A DNA stretch of 64,000 bases from Gammaproteobacteria bacterium (GTDB lineage: Bacteria > Pseudomonadota > Gammaproteobacteria > GCA-002705445 > GCA-002716945): assembly GCA_038142325.1 (NCBI GenBank), contig JAYQJW010000002.1, positions 651,328 to 715,327 of the forward strand, in the 5' to 3' direction. This document shows positions 11,274-26,229 of the stretch, in pieces (position 1 is the stretch's first letter; each line of letters opens with the position of its first letter). Under the pieces are notes generated by a model that was not told where the DNA came from, made no database searches, and saw nothing but the letters and a program-made list of their open reading frames with translations. The translations under genes and the position numbers were made by a program.

Positions 11274-11468
11274 TTAATAGGGCAGCATTCGGTCTATAGC
11301 AGCTTTGTCTGCTGGACTAATTACGACATCATCTCTGAGGTGTCTTTTCCTTTTTGTGCTTTTTTTTGTAAGTATATGACTTCTATGAGATTGTCCTCTT
11401 TTGACATTACCAGAAGGTGTTTTCTTAAACCTTTTAGCAGCTCCACTATGTGATTTCATTTTTGGCAT
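11274..11468 (-). CDS. rpmI: 50S ribosomal protein L35
   Basis: [32 protein letters not shown]. Confidence 0.98.
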   Translation of the reverse strand: MPKMKSHSGAAKRFKKTPSGNVKRGQSHRSHILTKKSTKRKRHLRDDVVISPADKAAIDRMLPY

Positions 11469-11508
11469 AATCTTACTCTGTATTTACGATTGGGGTAGTA
11501 TATCCTAT

Positions 11509-12024
11509 TTATTTCTTTGGTGCTATAACCATGACAATTTGTCTGCCTTCAAACGCCGGCTTTTGTTCAATTGCCCCGTAGTCGAATAGATCTTTTTCTA
11601 CCCTCTCAAGAAATTCACGCCCAATAATCTGATGAGCTGCTTCTCTACCTCTAAATCTCATGGTGATTTTTGCCTTATCACCGCCTTGTAAAAATTTGAT
11701 TAAATTTTTTAATTTAACCTGATAATCTGCTTCTTCAGTACCTGGTCTAAATTTAATTTCTTTTACTTGAATTTGTTTTTGTTTTTTCTTAGCAGCATGG
11801 GCTTTTTTAGATTGTTCGAATTTGTATTTACCAAAATCCATAATTCTACAAACTGGCGGCGTTTGGTTTGCAACTATCTCGACTAGATCTAAATCTTCAT
11901 TTTTTGCTAACTCAAGTGCTTTTTCTCTAGAAACTACACCAACTTGATCTCCTGTTGATGAAATGAGGCGAACCTCTGAGGAATTAATGCGATCATTTAT
12001 TCGCATTCTTTTTGTATTCGATAT
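11509..12024 (-). CDS. infC: Translation initiation factor IF-3, probable non-canonical ATA start at 12024
   Basis: [30 protein letters not shown] (12032-12036) lies 7 nt before an in-frame ATA. Confidence 0.95.
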   Translation of the reverse strand: MSNTKRMRINDRINSSEVRLISSTGDQVGVVSREKALELAKNEDLDLVEIVANQTPPVCRIMDFGKYKFEQSKKAHAAKKKQKQIQVKEIKFRPGTEEADYQVKLKNLIKFLQGGDKAKITMRFRGREAAHQIIGREFLERVEKDLFDYGAIEQKPAFEGRQIVMVIAPKK

Positions 12025-12042
12025 GACAATTCTCCTATAAAG

Positions 12043-13925
12043 TTAATTAATTTTATCATTAAGTGATTCTATAAAGTCATCAAGTTTAATAGATTTTTGA
12101 TCAGCGCTCTCTCTGTCCCTGACAGTGATAAGCTCTTCATCTAATTCTTTATCACCTATAATAAGCATGTATGGTACCCTAGTCATTGCATGATTTCTAA
12201 TTTTATATCCAATCTTTTCATTACTTAGGTCGCATTCAGATCTAATACCTCTCTCAGTGAGTTTATTAGTAATCATTTCAGCATAATCACTATGTTTATC
12301 AGTTATATTTAAAACCATCACTTGTATTGGAGATAGCCATATAGGTAAATTCCTGAATAATGCTCGAGAAGAATTCCTACAAAACGCTCAAGTGAGCCTA
12401 AAATAGCCCTATGTATCATGACAGGCGTTGTTTTATTGCCATCTTTGTCAATATATGTTGCGTCTAGTCTACCAGGCATAGAAAAGTCTAATTGGATTGT
12501 TCCGAGTTGCCATACTCTTGATAGGGAATCTTTAAGAGAAAAATCTATTTTTGGTCCATAAAATGCCCCATCTCCAGGATTCTCTGAATAATCTATGTCA
12601 TTAGCTTTAAGAGCAAGCTTTAAACTATCTTCTGCAGTGTCCCAAATTTCATCAGATCCAACTCTTTTTTCAGGTCGCGTAGAAAGTTCAATTTTAAGTT
12701 CATTAAATCCAAATTTATTATAAATATTCTTTATATCATTGATTAATAGTGATATTTCGTTTTTTATTTGGTCGGGAGTACAAAATATATGTGCATCATC
12801 TTGTGTAAATGCTCTAATTCTAAGAAGGCCGTGCAAAGTTCCTGATGGTTCATTTCTGTGTACAAAACCAAACTCCGCAAGTTTAAGGGGTAAATCTTTA
12901 TAACTTCTTAGACCATGATTGAAGACCTGGACATGTCCTGGACAGCTCATTGGCTTAATGGCAAATTCTTTTTTTTCAGACCCTACATCAAATATCAGTT
13001 CTCCAAATTTATCAAGATGTCCTGATTTTTTCCAAAGCGATTTATCTAGAATTTGTGGTGTATTAATAATTTTATATTTATTTAATCTTAGATACTTTGT
13101 CATAAAATCTTTAATAATATTAAATATAGTCCATCCTTTATCGTGCCAAAACACCATTCCTGGTGACTCCTCCTGAAAATGAAATAAATCTAGTTTTTTT
13201 CCAAGTAATCTGTGATCACTTTTTTCAGCTTCTTCAATTGATTTAAGATATGAATCTAGAGAATTTTGATCTGGCCATGCGGTTCCATAAATTCTAGTTA
13301 AAGCTTGATTTGATGAATCTCCTTTCCAATAAGAGCCAGAAATTTTCATTAACTTGAAGGCTTTTACATGTTTTGTATTTGTTAGATGAGGTCCTCTACA
13401 CATATCAATGTATTCCTCATGATGATAAATAGCAATAATCTCACCTTCAGGAATTTCTTTAAGTAATTCAACTTTATATGGCTCTTTCCTTTCTTCAAAT
13501 ATGGATATTGCATCTTCTTTAGAAATAACCTCGCGTTTGATTGCATAATTTTTCTTTGCTAATTTTCTCATCCTATTTTCAATTATGGGAAGATCTTTAT
13601 CTGAAAGAGGTTCGTCTGATAGAATTTCGTAATAAAAACCATTTTCTATTACAGGCCCAATTACCATTTTTACATCAGGATAAAGTTGTTTTATTGCATG
13701 GCCAAATATATGAGCGCATGAGTGCCTTAAAATATCTAAACCATCAGCATCAGCAGTTGACAACAACTCTATTGTTGAGCCATCTGTTATCTGTTCAGAA
13801 AGATCAGATAGCCTGTCATTAATCTTTGCAGCTACAATATTTTTTCCGAAGTTTTTAGAGACAATATCTTCTAAAATATCACCTTCGTTGACTTCATATT
13901 CTTTATTGTTAATAGTTGTAATCAT
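12043..13925 (-). CDS. thrS: Threonine--tRNA ligase (indel near 12350)
   Basis: RHSCAH, DMCRGPH, KPMSCPGH, FYGPKID, HRAILGSLERF; anticodon-binding domain in the second ORF. Confidence 0.97.
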
Positions 13926-13939
13926 AATTATTTAAAATA

Positions 13940-14014
13940 TAGGCACGATTGGACTCGAACCAACGACCTCCACCATGTCAAGGTGGCGCTCTAACCAAGC
14001 TGAGCTACGCGCCT
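13940..14014 (-). tRNA. tRNA-Val(GAC), no encoded CCA
   Basis: Cloverleaf AGGCGCG...CGTGCCT-A, D-loop AGCTTGGTTA, anticodon loop TT-GAC-AT, T-loop TTCGAGT. Confidence 0.95.
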
Positions 14015-14063
14015 GTAAGATACCGTAAATTAACATGTCATGCATTTATAGACAAGAACGCCA

Positions 14064-16082
14064 TTAGGATTTAGCTTTTGGTAACATTAAATATTTCTCT
14101 TGCAGTTCATTTATTTGATCTCTAAGTTTTGCCGCATCTTCAAATTCTAAATTATTAGCATGATTATACATTTCTTTTTCAAGTTCGATAATAATCGATG
14201 TAACGTTATTACTATTAACTTTAGTAAATTTCTTTTTAGAATTACTTACTATTTGGAGTTTGTCTAGGGAATCATTATCAATATAAGTATCCTCATCTAA
14301 GGCTTCCCTTATATCTTTTTTAATACCTTTTGGCTTTATATTATTTTCATCATTGTATGCGATTTGCAGCTCTCTTCTTCTATTTGTCTCGTCTATAGCT
14401 CGTCTCATCGAGCCAGTAACATCGTCGCCATAAAGTATGCATCGGCCTTTAATATTTCTAGCTGCTCTTCCAATCGTTTGAATTAAAGATCTATCTGATC
14501 TTAAGAAGCCCTCTTTATCTGCATCAAATATTGCAACCAGCTCTACCTCAGGGATATCTAGCCCCTCGCGTAAAAGATTTATACCAACAAGAACGTCAAA
14601 TTCACCTTTTCTTAGGTCTCTAATAATTTCAACACGCTCCACAGTATCAATATCTGAATGTAAATATTTTACTTTAATATTATGTTCTTGCAGATACTCG
14701 GATAAGTTTTCAGACATTTTCTTTGTTAACGTAGTTATTAGGACGCGGTTGCCGTTTTTAATTACCTTGTTAATCTCTGATAATACATCCTCAACTTGAC
14801 TCGATGATGGTCTGATGTCGATCATTGGATCAGTGAGACCTGTTGGACGTATCAGTTGTTCAATTACAGATGTGGATTTTTCAATTTCATACGGTCCTGG
14901 TGTTGCAGATACGTAAATTGTTTGAAAATTATATGCTTCAAATTCATCAAATTTTAGTGGTCTGTTGTCCATGGCAGATGGAAGCCTAAAACCATAATCA
15001 ACAAGAGTTTGTTTCCTTGATTGATCACCTCTATACATACCTCCCATTTGTGGAACACCTACATGACTCTCATCAACAATAACTAGTCCATCTTTTGGCA
15101 TGTAATCGAGTAAGCATGGAGGTGGTTCTCCTGGTTTTCTTCCTGATAAATATCGAGAGTAGTTCTCAATGCCCGAACAATATCCCATTTCTTTCATCAT
15201 TTCTAAATCATAATTAGTTCTTTCTCTAATACGTTGCTCTTCTATCAGTTTAGAATTATCAGAAAAATATTTAATTCTTGTTTTAAGTTCTTTTTTAATG
15301 TTAATCATTGCATTCTCAATAATATTCTGAGGAGTGACATAATGTGTTTTTGGATAAATAGTAACCCTATTGAGTTGTTTGAAGATATCGCCAGTTAAAG
15401 GGTCAAATAGAAAAATATTTTCAATTTCATCTCCAAATAAATCTACTCTAACAGCATGTTTTTCAGAGTCTCCAGGAAATATATCTATTACCTGACGTTT
15501 TACTTGATACGTTCCTCGACGAAGTTCTAAGTCATTTCTAACATATTGTAACTCTGTTAGTTTCCTTAAAATATCTCTTTGATTAATGATATCTCCTTTG
15601 ACTAAATGCAAAATCATTTTGAAATATGTTTTTGGATCACCTAGACCATAGATTGCAGATACTGTCCCTACAACAATTGCATCTTTTCTTTCAGTAAGTG
15701 ATTTGGTTGCCGATAATCTCATCTGTTCGATGTGTTCGTTCAACGATGCATCTTTTTCAATAAAAGTATCAGAGACTGGAACATATGCTTCAGGCTGATA
15801 ATAATCATAATAAGAAACAAAATATTCTACGGAATTCTTTGGAAAAAATTCTCTCATTTCTGCATATAATTGAGCTGCTAAAGTTTTGTTAGGCGCCAAT
15901 ATTAATGTTGTTTTATTTGTTTGTTCAATAATATTTGCCATTGTGTAGGTCTTACCAGAACCTGTGACACCAAGGAGGGTTTGATGCATCTGTTTGTCAT
16001 TTACGCCATTAACTAGAGCTTTGATAGCTCTAGGTTGATCACCACTCGGACGCATTTTTGATTCTAAGGTTAATCTTTTCAA
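14064..16082 (-). CDS. uvrB: Excinuclease ABC subunit B
   Basis: [37 protein letters not shown]-terminal UVR domain. Confidence 0.98.
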   Translation of the reverse strand: MKRLTLESKMRPSGDQPRAIKALVNGVNDKQMHQTLLGVTGSGKTYTMANIIEQTNKTTLILAPNKTLAAQLYAEMREFFPKNSVEYFVSYYDYYQPEAYVPVSDTFIEKDASLNEHIEQMRLSATKSLTERKDAIVVGTVSAIYGLGDPKTYFKMILHLVKGDIINQRDILRKLTELQYVRNDLELRRGTYQVKRQVIDIFPGDSEKHAVRVDLFGDEIENIFLFDPLTGDIFKQLNRVTIYPKTHYVTPQNIIENAMINIKKELKTRIKYFSDNSKLIEEQRIRERTNYDLEMMKEMGYCSGIENYSRYLSGRKPGEPPPCLLDYMPKDGLVIVDESHVGVPQMGGMYRGDQSRKQTLVDYGFRLPSAMDNRPLKFDEFEAYNFQTIYVSATPGPYEIEKSTSVIEQLIRPTGLTDPMIDIRPSSSQVEDVLSEINKVIKNGNRVLITTLTKKMSENLSEYLQEHNIKVKYLHSDIDTVERVEIIRDLRKGEFDVLVGINLLREGLDIPEVELVAIFDADKEGFLRSDRSLIQTIGRAARNIKGRCILYGDDVTGSMRRAIDETNRRRELQIAYNDENNIKPKGIKKDIREALDEDTYIDNDSLDKLQIVSNSKKKFTKVNSNNVTSIIIELEKEMYNHANNLEFEDAAKLRDQINELQEKYLMLPKAKS

Positions 16083-16141
16083 AACAATTTTTTTCCCTGT
16101 TTATTCTTTCATGATATCATATTCATTTTGAAGGAACTCTA

Positions 16142-17323
16142 TTGAAACTATCAAACCGTATTAAATTAATAAAGCCATCATCGACAATGGCTCTTACTTC
16201 CAAAGCAAATGAACTTAAGGCTAATGGTGAAGATATTATAGTTTTAACAGTAGGTGAACCAGATTTTGATACACCTAATTATATAAAAGATGGAGCAAAA
16301 AAAGCTATTGATGGAGGGATGACAAAATACACATCAGTTGATGGAACTCTTGAGCTAAAGAATGCTATCATCAAAAAATTTAAAAATGAAAATAATCTTA
16401 ATTACAACCTAGACCAAATTATCGTTTCTGCAGGATGCAAGCAATCTATATTCAATCTCCTTCAAGTAATTATAGATGAAGGTGATGAGGTGATTATTCC
16501 ACAACCCTATTGGGTATCATACTCAGATATGGTTATTTATTCAGGAGGTAAGCCAATATTACTTGAGACTAATTATGAAAATAATTTTTCTATTGATATT
16601 AATCTTTTTGAATCATTAATCTCAGATCGAACTAAACTCTTTATGATCAATAGCCCTAATAATCCTAGCGGGAAATATTATGATTCTGCTTTATTAAAAA
16701 AATTATCTGAGGTGCTTAAAAAATATGAAGATATATTTATATCCTCTGATGATATTTATGAACACATTCATTGGGGAGATGAAAAATTTCATAATATTTT
16801 AAATGTCTGTCCAGAACTAAATGATAGAGTAATAATTCTTAATGGAGTATCTAAAGCATATTCTATGACTGGTTGGAGGATAGGTTATGCTGCTGGTAAT
16901 AAAGAAATAATTAAAAAAATGAAGACTCTTCAATCGCAAAGTACATCATGTGCTTCTTCTGTATCTCAAGCTGCAGCAACAACTGCATTAAATAGTGTTT
17001 GTACTGAATTACCAATGATGAATAAAGAATATAAAGAAAGACATGATTTTGTTATCTCTGAATTAAACCAGATTAATGATGTTGAATGTAAACCGACTGA
17101 TGGTACGTTTTATGTATTTCCATCATTTAAAAAATATATTGAAAAAAATAATCATATCTCAAATGATACAGAGTTAGCATTGTATTTACTGGAAAAAGCA
17201 AAAGTTGCTGTTGTGCCCGGGAGTGCATTTGGCATTGAAGGCCATTTAAGAATTTCTATTGCAATTGACATGAAGTCGCTCGAAGAAGCTATGAAACGTC
17301 TGAAAAGTATTCTTAATTCATAA
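16142..17323 (+). CDS. PLP-dependent class I/II aminotransferase (aspartate aminotransferase-like)
   Basis: GEPDFDTP, NSPNNPSG, SDDIYE, GVSKAYSMTGWRIGY. Confidence 0.93.
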   Translation: MKLSNRIKLIKPSSTMALTSKANELKANGEDIIVLTVGEPDFDTPNYIKDGAKKAIDGGMTKYTSVDGTLELKNAIIKKFKNENNLNYNLDQIIVSAGCKQSIFNLLQVIIDEGDEVIIPQPYWVSYSDMVIYSGGKPILLETNYENNFSIDINLFESLISDRTKLFMINSPNNPSGKYYDSALLKKLSEVLKKYEDIFISSDDIYEHIHWGDEKFHNILNVCPELNDRVIILNGVSKAYSMTGWRIGYAAGNKEIIKKMKTLQSQSTSCASSVSQAAATTALNSVCTELPMMNKEYKERHDFVISELNQINDVECKPTDGTFYVFPSFKKYIEKNNHISNDTELALYLLEKAKVAVVPGSAFGIEGHLRISIAIDMKSLEEAMKRLKSILNS

Positions 17324-19127
17324 CTTAGCAGCTCTTTTTCTTTCATGTGGATCTAGATATTTTTTTCTTAACCTCAAGTTCATAGGTGTGACTTCTAATA
17401 CTTCATCGTCTTCAATATATGACATCATTTGCTCCAGAGACATTTTGCGCGGCGGTACCAGTTTTACTGCTTCATCAGATCCCGAAGCACGAATATTTGT
17501 TAATTGTTTACCTTTGAGTATATTGATTTCAAGATCATTCGGTCTGTTATGTTCACCAACAATCATTCCTTGATATACTCTAGTCTGTGGCTCAATAAAC
17601 ATTGTTCCTCGATCTTGTAGGTTGAATATTGCATAAGCTACAGAATTTCCAGCTGAATTTGATATTAGAACGCCATTTCTTCTAGATTCAACATCCCCAT
17701 TATATCTCTCATATGAATCAAAAAGTCTATTAATCACTCCAGTACCTCTAGTTTCAGTTAAAAATTGACTTTGGTAACCTATCAAAGATCTTGATGGACA
17801 TTTAAAAATTAAACGTGTTTTTCCTGATACATTAGACATGTCTATCATAATGGCTCTTCTTTTATTCATACTATCAATGACTGAACTAGTGTAATTATCA
17901 TCTACATCAATTATTACTTCTTCAATAGGTTCTAATTTCTGACCATCCTTATCTATTTTAAATACAACTTTAGGTCTTGAAACTGTCAGTTCGAATCCCT
18001 CTCTTCTCATTGTTTCTACAAGAACTCCCAACTGAAGCTCACTCTCTACCGCCGATTTCAAATGAATCTTTTTTATCATTCTCATTAAAGGAAATTGCTA
18101 CATTTGATTCTGATTCTGCTAACAATCTATCTCTTATTATTGTAGATGTAACTTTCTTACCTTCTAATCCAGAAATAGGTGAATCGTTAACAGTTATGTT
18201 AATAGACATTGTCGGAGGATCAATTGGAGTTGATTTAATGGGTATATCATTAAGCTCGTCACAAATTGTGTCAGATACAGATGTTTTTGCTAGACCAGCA
18301 ACACAAATGATATCTCCTGCATTGACATTGTCTACAGGCACTCTATTTGTACCATGATATTTGAATAGCTTGGTTAATCTTCCAGTCTCTATGGTTTCAG
18401 ATGAGAGATTTATTGCTTTTACACTATCATTAACTTTTGCTGAACCCTGCTCTACTTTTCCGATAAGGCATCGACCTAAATATTTATCTGAATCAAGTAG
18501 AGTTGCTAGCATTGCAAAAGGTTTATCAATATCAGTATTTGGAGATTCTACATGATCAATAATCATATCTAACATCTCATGAAGATTATTTTTTTTATTA
18601 TCTAAGTTAGATGTACACCATCCATCTCTACCCGAGGCGTACAAGATAGGAAAATCTAATTGTTCATCACTTGCATTAAGTGAAACGAATAAGTCAAAAA
18701 CTTCATCGATCACGCTATCTACTCGGCTGTCAGCTTTATCAACTTTATTAACCACAACTATTGGTTTCAAGCCTTGAGATAATGCTTTTGATAGTACAAA
18801 TTTTGTTTGAGGCATAGCGCCCTCAGAAGCATCAACTAATAGTATTACTCCATTTGTCATACTGAGAATTCTCTCTACTTCCCCTCCAAAATCAGCATGA
18901 CCAGGAGTATCTATGATATTAATTCTTGTATTATTCCATATGATAGATGCTGGCTTGGCTAGAATTGTAATGCCACGTTCTTTTTCCAAAACGCCAGAAT
19001 CCATTACACGTTCACTTGATAGCTTGTTATCCCTAAAAATTCCTGATTGAACCATAATAGAATCTATAAGTGTAGTTTTCCCATGATCGACGTGGGCTAT
19101 AATTGCGATATTTCTAACTTGTTCCAT
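17318..19127 (-). CDS. typA: Translational GTPase TypA/BipA (indel near 18040)
   Basis: IAHVDHGKTTL, ERGITILAK, DTPGHADFGGEVER, ETMRREGFEL, KQLTNIRASG. Confidence 0.95.
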
Positions 19128-19211
19128 TATTGTGTTCTGACAAAATATTTTGTGAACTATACTACACAAAAATTATTAAATCCTGAAAATTTTGACAATG
19201 AAATGAAGTTA

Positions 19212-19284
19212 CTCCTCGGGACGGACTCGAACCGCCGACCTGGTGATTAACAGTCACTCGCTCTACCGACTGAGCTACCGAGGA
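19212..19284 (-). tRNA. tRNA-Asn(GTT), no encoded CCA
   Basis: TCCTCGG...CCGAGGA-G acceptor stem, anticodon loop CT-GTT-AA, T-loop TTCGAGT. Confidence 0.95.
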
Positions 19285-19431
19285 ATAATTAGAAGATATT
19301 AATAAAAATACATTAAATCTTCAATCTTTAATTAAGAAACATTAAATTGAAATTAAATTTGTAACTGTCTTAATAATAACATTAAAAATTAATAAGTAGT
19401 TATTATTCAATATGTTAAAATGTAACTAATA

Positions 19432-19755
19432 ATGACGTACGTTATAACTGAAAATTGCATTAAATGTAAATATACAGATTGTGTTGAGGTTTGTCCTGTA
19501 GATTGCTTTCACGAAGGTCCTAATTTTTTAGTGATAAATCCCGAAGAGTGCATTGATTGTAGTTTATGTGAACCAGAATGTCCTATTGATGCTATAGTTT
19601 CTGAAGATGATCTCAAAGAAGAAGAAAAAAAATTTCTTGAAATTAATACAAGATTATCAAAAACATGGCCGCTTATAACAGAAGCTAAAGCAGCTCCTGA
19701 TGATGCTAAAGAATGGGAGAATAAACCCGATAAATTAGCATTACTTGAAGAGTAA
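19432..19755 (+). CDS. fdxA: 7Fe ferredoxin (FdxA type)
   Basis: [18 protein letters not shown]...[12 protein letters not shown]. Confidence 0.95.
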   Translation: MTYVITENCIKCKYTDCVEVCPVDCFHEGPNFLVINPEECIDCSLCEPECPIDAIVSEDDLKEEEKKFLEINTRLSKTWPLITEAKAAPDDAKEWENKPDKLALLEE

Positions 19756-21111
19756 CTACAGGTTTTCAGTATTTTCAAAAATTTGTGGATGGTAATCCTC
19801 AAATCTAGTGCAATGAGAGAGAAATGTTAATTTAGCTGTACCGGTTGGCCCATTTCTATGTTTAGCAATATTTATCTCAGCAACATTTTTATCTTCAGAG
19901 TTAGGATTATATACATCGTCACGATAAATAAACATAACAACATCAGCATCCTGCTCTATAGATCCAGATTCTCTTAAATCAGAAAGAAACGGTCTTTTAT
20001 CATTTCTCTGCTCAAGACTACGATTGAGCTGTGATAGCGCAATAATAGGAATATCAAGCTCTTTGGCAAGGCTTTTTAATTGCCTAGTAATTGATGCAAT
20101 CTCATTAACCCTGTTCTCGCTTTTTTCAGGCAAAGTCATGAGCTGTAGATAATCTAATATAATCATATCAATTCCAGTCTCTCTTTTCATTCTACGAGCT
20201 CTTGATCTTAGTGTCATTGGTGTAATGCTGCCTGTATCATCAATATACAATGAGCAGTCTTGCATCATATCTATTGCTTGTGTGACAGCTCTTGTATCGT
20301 CATTAGATGTCTCATAGTCCCCAGTTCTAATTTTTGAAAACTCAACGGTACTAAGAGATGATAACATTCTAAGGGCTATTGATTGAGAAGACATCTCAAG
20401 ACTAAAAAAACCAACTTTCTTCTTTTGTTTGAATACAATATCTTGAGCAATATTCATAGCAAGTGCAGTTTTGCCCATAGATGGTCGAGCAGCTATTACT
20501 ATAAGATCAGAATTTTGAAGGCCACCCATCAATTCATCAAGCTTAGAATATCCGGTTAATAAAAAATCTGAAATATTACTATTTCTTTTATTATAAATTG
20601 TATCGACCATATCGTTAACGATTGGGCCAATCTTGACTAATCCTTCATTGTTTTTTGTATCAGATGCTATGGCAAATATATCTGCCTCTGCTTTATCTAA
20701 AATTGTATGTATGTCATCCGAGCTTTCATCATGAACACTTTCAATTGTTCGCGTACTGGCTTGAATAAGTTTTCTCATTACAGATTTCTCTCTAACCATT
20801 TCTGCATACTTAACAATATGAGCAGAAGTTGGGACTGTTTTAGCTAAATCTTTCAAATATTCTAAACCACCAACTTTAGATAACTTGTCATGCGATTTAA
20901 GAGTTTCCTCTAAAATAAGAATATCTAATGGTTGGTCATTAATTTGAAGATTATATATCTCTGAGAAAATATCTTTATTTCTTAAGTCATAAAAATCATT
21001 AGGTGTAATAATATTAGAAATTTTCTCCCATGATTGAAAATCTATAATAAGTGAACCTAACAAAGCTTTCTCAGATTCTATGGATACAGGTGTTTGGGGA
21101 ATACTAGCCAT
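19756..21111 (-). CDS. dnaB: Replicative DNA helicase
   Basis: AARPSMGKT, DYLQLM, ALSQLNR, SDLRESGSIEQDAD, KHRNGPTG. Confidence 0.97.
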   Translation of the reverse strand: MASIPQTPVSIESEKALLGSLIIDFQSWEKISNIITPNDFYDLRNKDIFSEIYNLQINDQPLDILILEETLKSHDKLSKVGGLEYLKDLAKTVPTSAHIVKYAEMVREKSVMRKLIQASTRTIESVHDESSDDIHTILDKAEADIFAIASDTKNNEGLVKIGPIVNDMVDTIYNKRNSNISDFLLTGYSKLDELMGGLQNSDLIVIAARPSMGKTALAMNIAQDIVFKQKKKVGFFSLEMSSQSIALRMLSSLSTVEFSKIRTGDYETSNDDTRAVTQAIDMMQDCSLYIDDTGSITPMTLRSRARRMKRETGIDMIILDYLQLMTLPEKSENRVNEIASITRQLKSLAKELDIPIIALSQLNRSLEQRNDKRPFLSDLRESGSIEQDADVVMFIYRDDVYNPNSEDKNVAEINIAKHRNGPTGTAKLTFLSHCTRFEDYHPQIFENTENL

Positions 21112-21155
21112 TACAAGCATAGTAACTTATAAATAATTCAATAAAGAATATTGAC

Positions 21156-21626
21156 TTAAACAGAATCTTTAGTTTCTTCTGCTTTTTCGACGATTATTTC
21201 TATATCACAAGAAACTTCAGAATGAAGAGATATGTTTGCGCGGAAAGATCCTAACTCTTTAATTGAGCCCATTGGTAGATTAATCTGCCTCTTTTCAATA
21301 TCAAAGCCATCACTTTTAATTTGATCAGCAACATTCTGCAAGGATACAGAACCAAAAAGTTCATCTGAATCTTCTTTTACTTCTAATTTGAAATTCTGTG
21401 TATAACCAGCTAATTTTTCTTTAATAGCTAATGCAGCATCTTTTACTTCCTGCTCTTTTTTCATTAGCTCATCTTTCATTTCACTAATAACTTTTAAGTT
21501 CTCCTCAGTTGGAGTAAGTGCTGATTTAGTCGGAAGGAGATAATTTCTAGCAAAACCTGCTTTAACTTCAACTTCTTGGCCAACTTTACCAAGATGTTTA
21601 ACGTCTTTTAATAGTACAAGCTTCAT
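21156..21626 (-). CDS. rplI: 50S ribosomal protein L9
   Basis: [27 protein letters not shown]. Confidence 0.96.
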   Translation of the reverse strand: MKLVLLKDVKHLGKVGQEVEVKAGFARNYLLPTKSALTPTEENLKVISEMKDELMKKEQEVKDAALAIKEKLAGYTQNFKLEVKEDSDELFGSVSLQNVADQIKSDGFDIEKRQINLPMGSIKELGSFRANISLHSEVSCDIEIIVEKAEETKDSV

Positions 21627-21817
21627 TGTCTTTTATGATTATCGCAATAAGGTAATAAAGCTAAGTATCTAGCAATTTTTACAGCTTTATTCATTTTCCT
21701 TTGCTCGCTAGCACTAAGTCCGGATACTCTTGAAGGTATTAGTTTGCCGGCTTCAGAAATATAATTTTTTAGATAACCTAAGTTTTTGTAATCAATAATT
21801 TTTTGATGTGTTTCCAT
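21623..21817 (-). CDS. rpsR: 30S ribosomal protein S18
   Basis: [24 protein letters not shown]. Confidence 0.95.
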   Translation of the reverse strand: METHQKIIDYKNLGYLKNYISEAGKLIPSRVSGLSASEQRKMNKAVKIARYLALLPYCDNHKRQ

Positions 21818-21821
21818 ATAT

Positions 21822-22154
21822 TTAAGCTGATTTAAGTTGTTCTTTATTCATGAAAGATGGTTCAGTTTGAGGATTTTTTGTATTTAATACTAAATGCCTA
21901 ATAATATGATCATTAAATTTAATCATTTCATTAAGAGTGTCTATAGCCTTATTATCAGCGGTAAAATTAATTAAGATATACCTAGCTTTATTTTGATTAT
22001 TAATATCATATGCCATTTTAAGTGGGCCCCAATCCTCGTATCTATCAATCGTGCCGCCATTTTCACTGACCACGGATTTGTATTTTTCAATAGTTTGATC
22101 TGTCAGTGAATCCTCACCAACTGTAAACATCAATACTAATTCATAATTTTTCAT
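21822..22154 (-). CDS. rpsF: 30S ribosomal protein S6
   Basis: MKNYELV, EDWG..MAYDI, IIRHL. Confidence 0.95.
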   Translation of the reverse strand: MKNYELVLMFTVGEDSLTDQTIEKYKSVVSENGGTIDRYEDWGPLKMAYDINNQNKARYILINFTADNKAIDTLNEMIKFNDHIIRHLVLNTKNPQTEPSFMNKEQLKSA

Positions 22155-22164
22155 AATTTAGGGA

Positions 22165-22193
22165 ATACTACAGCAGTAATAATCATTTTTCAA
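22165..22193 (-). promoter_or_regulatory. Sigma70-type promoter of rpsF
   Basis: TTGAAA-17 nt-TAGTAT, ending 10 nt before the ATG. Confidence 0.6.
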
Positions 22194-22207
22194 TATTGTG
22201 GGTCTTA

Positions 22208-25166
<2,959 letters not shown>

Positions 25167-25170
<4 letters not shown>

Positions 25171-25364
25171 ATACTGTACACTAAATAATATATTATCAAC
25201 CCAGAGATAATACATGTTAGTCCAAACATTCTCAATGTCTTATCATTTAATTGAAGTATATATGATAGTGTTTCTTTAAATTTACTAGGATATAGTAAAG
25301 GTATTATTCCTTCTATGATTAATATGAAAGCAATAACAAGTGAAAGTATTTCTAAGCTACTTAT
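25167..25364 (-). CDS. DUF2065/YjeT small membrane protein (absent from the ORF track; no canonical start)
   Basis: Manual translation ...LEILSLVIAFILIIEGIIPLLYPSKFKETL...LRMFGLTCIISGLIIYYLV*; TGA overlaps the hisZ ATG; usual position after hflC. Confidence 0.85.
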
Positions 25365-26229
25365 TTTTTACACCGTCAGTATCATTAAAGTATTTAAAAA
25401 AATCTGAGTCTGGTTCTAACAATATCATATTACTTTTATCATTAAATGTTGTTTTATAAGCCTCAAGACTTCTGTAGAATGAATAAAATTCTGGACTAGC
25501 GGAAAATGCATCAGCATATATTTGTGTTGACTGAGCATCGCCCTCACCTTTAATTTCTTGAGATTTCTTATAGGCCTCAGCAATAATCGTCTCAGATTCA
25601 CGTTCAGCCAACGATGTTATCCCTTTGGCCTCTTCTTTACCTTTAGATCTGAATGATTTTGCAACAGTTGCTCTTTCTTTAACCATACGAGCATATACAG
25701 AGTTACTAACCTCATCTGGCAAATCAACCTTTTTAAGTCTTACATCAACAACAGTTATACCTAAAGCTTGGGATAATTGATTAGCTTCCTTTGTTACCAA
25801 ATCCATTATTTCGTTTCTATCACCGGATACAACATCATTAACAGTTCTTTTACTGAATTCACTTTTGGTAAGGTCATTTACGATTTGTGAAAGTCGATTT
25901 ACGCCTATCCTTTCATCACCTTTTGTTGAACGATAAAAGTTTCGAGGATCTGAAATCTTCCATTTCACGAAGGAGTCTACAATAACATTTTTCTTTTCAC
26001 TAGTTAAAAATTGTTCTGGCTTAGAATCCATAGTAAGAATTCTTGAGTCATATTTTTTTACATTATTTATAAACGGAATCATAAAATAGAGTCCAGGTTC
26101 ATCATATGAAGAAACAATTTCTCCTAATCTAAATTTAATTACCACTTCCCTTTCGTCCACAATAAATGTTGAAGAAACAGCTAATAGTATTAGTGCTAAA
26201 ATTGCAGTGAGTAAGTTTCTGTTATTCAT
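25357..26229 (-). CDS. hflC: Protease modulator HflC
   Basis: SPFH domain; FLTSEKKNVIVD, FYSFYRSLEAY. Confidence 0.96.
   Translation of the reverse strand: MNNRNLLTAILALILLAVSSTFIVDEREVVIKFRLGEIVSSYDEPGLYFMIPFINNVKKYDSRILTMDSKPEQFLTSEKKNVIVDSFVKWKISDPRNFYRSTKGDERIGVNRLSQIVNDLTKSEFSKRTVNDVVSGDRNEIMDLVTKEANQLSQALGITVVDVRLKKVDLPDEVSNSVYARMVKERATVAKSFRSKGKEEAKGITSLAERESETIIAEAYKKSQEIKGEGDAQSTQIYADAFSASPEFYSFYRSLEAYKTTFNDKSNMILLEPDSDFFKYFNDTDGVKNK

Noticed and set aside
19130-19431. Integrative element at tRNA-Asn or tRNA-Leu
   Set aside because: No integrase and no duplicated tRNA 3' end (att site) were seen.
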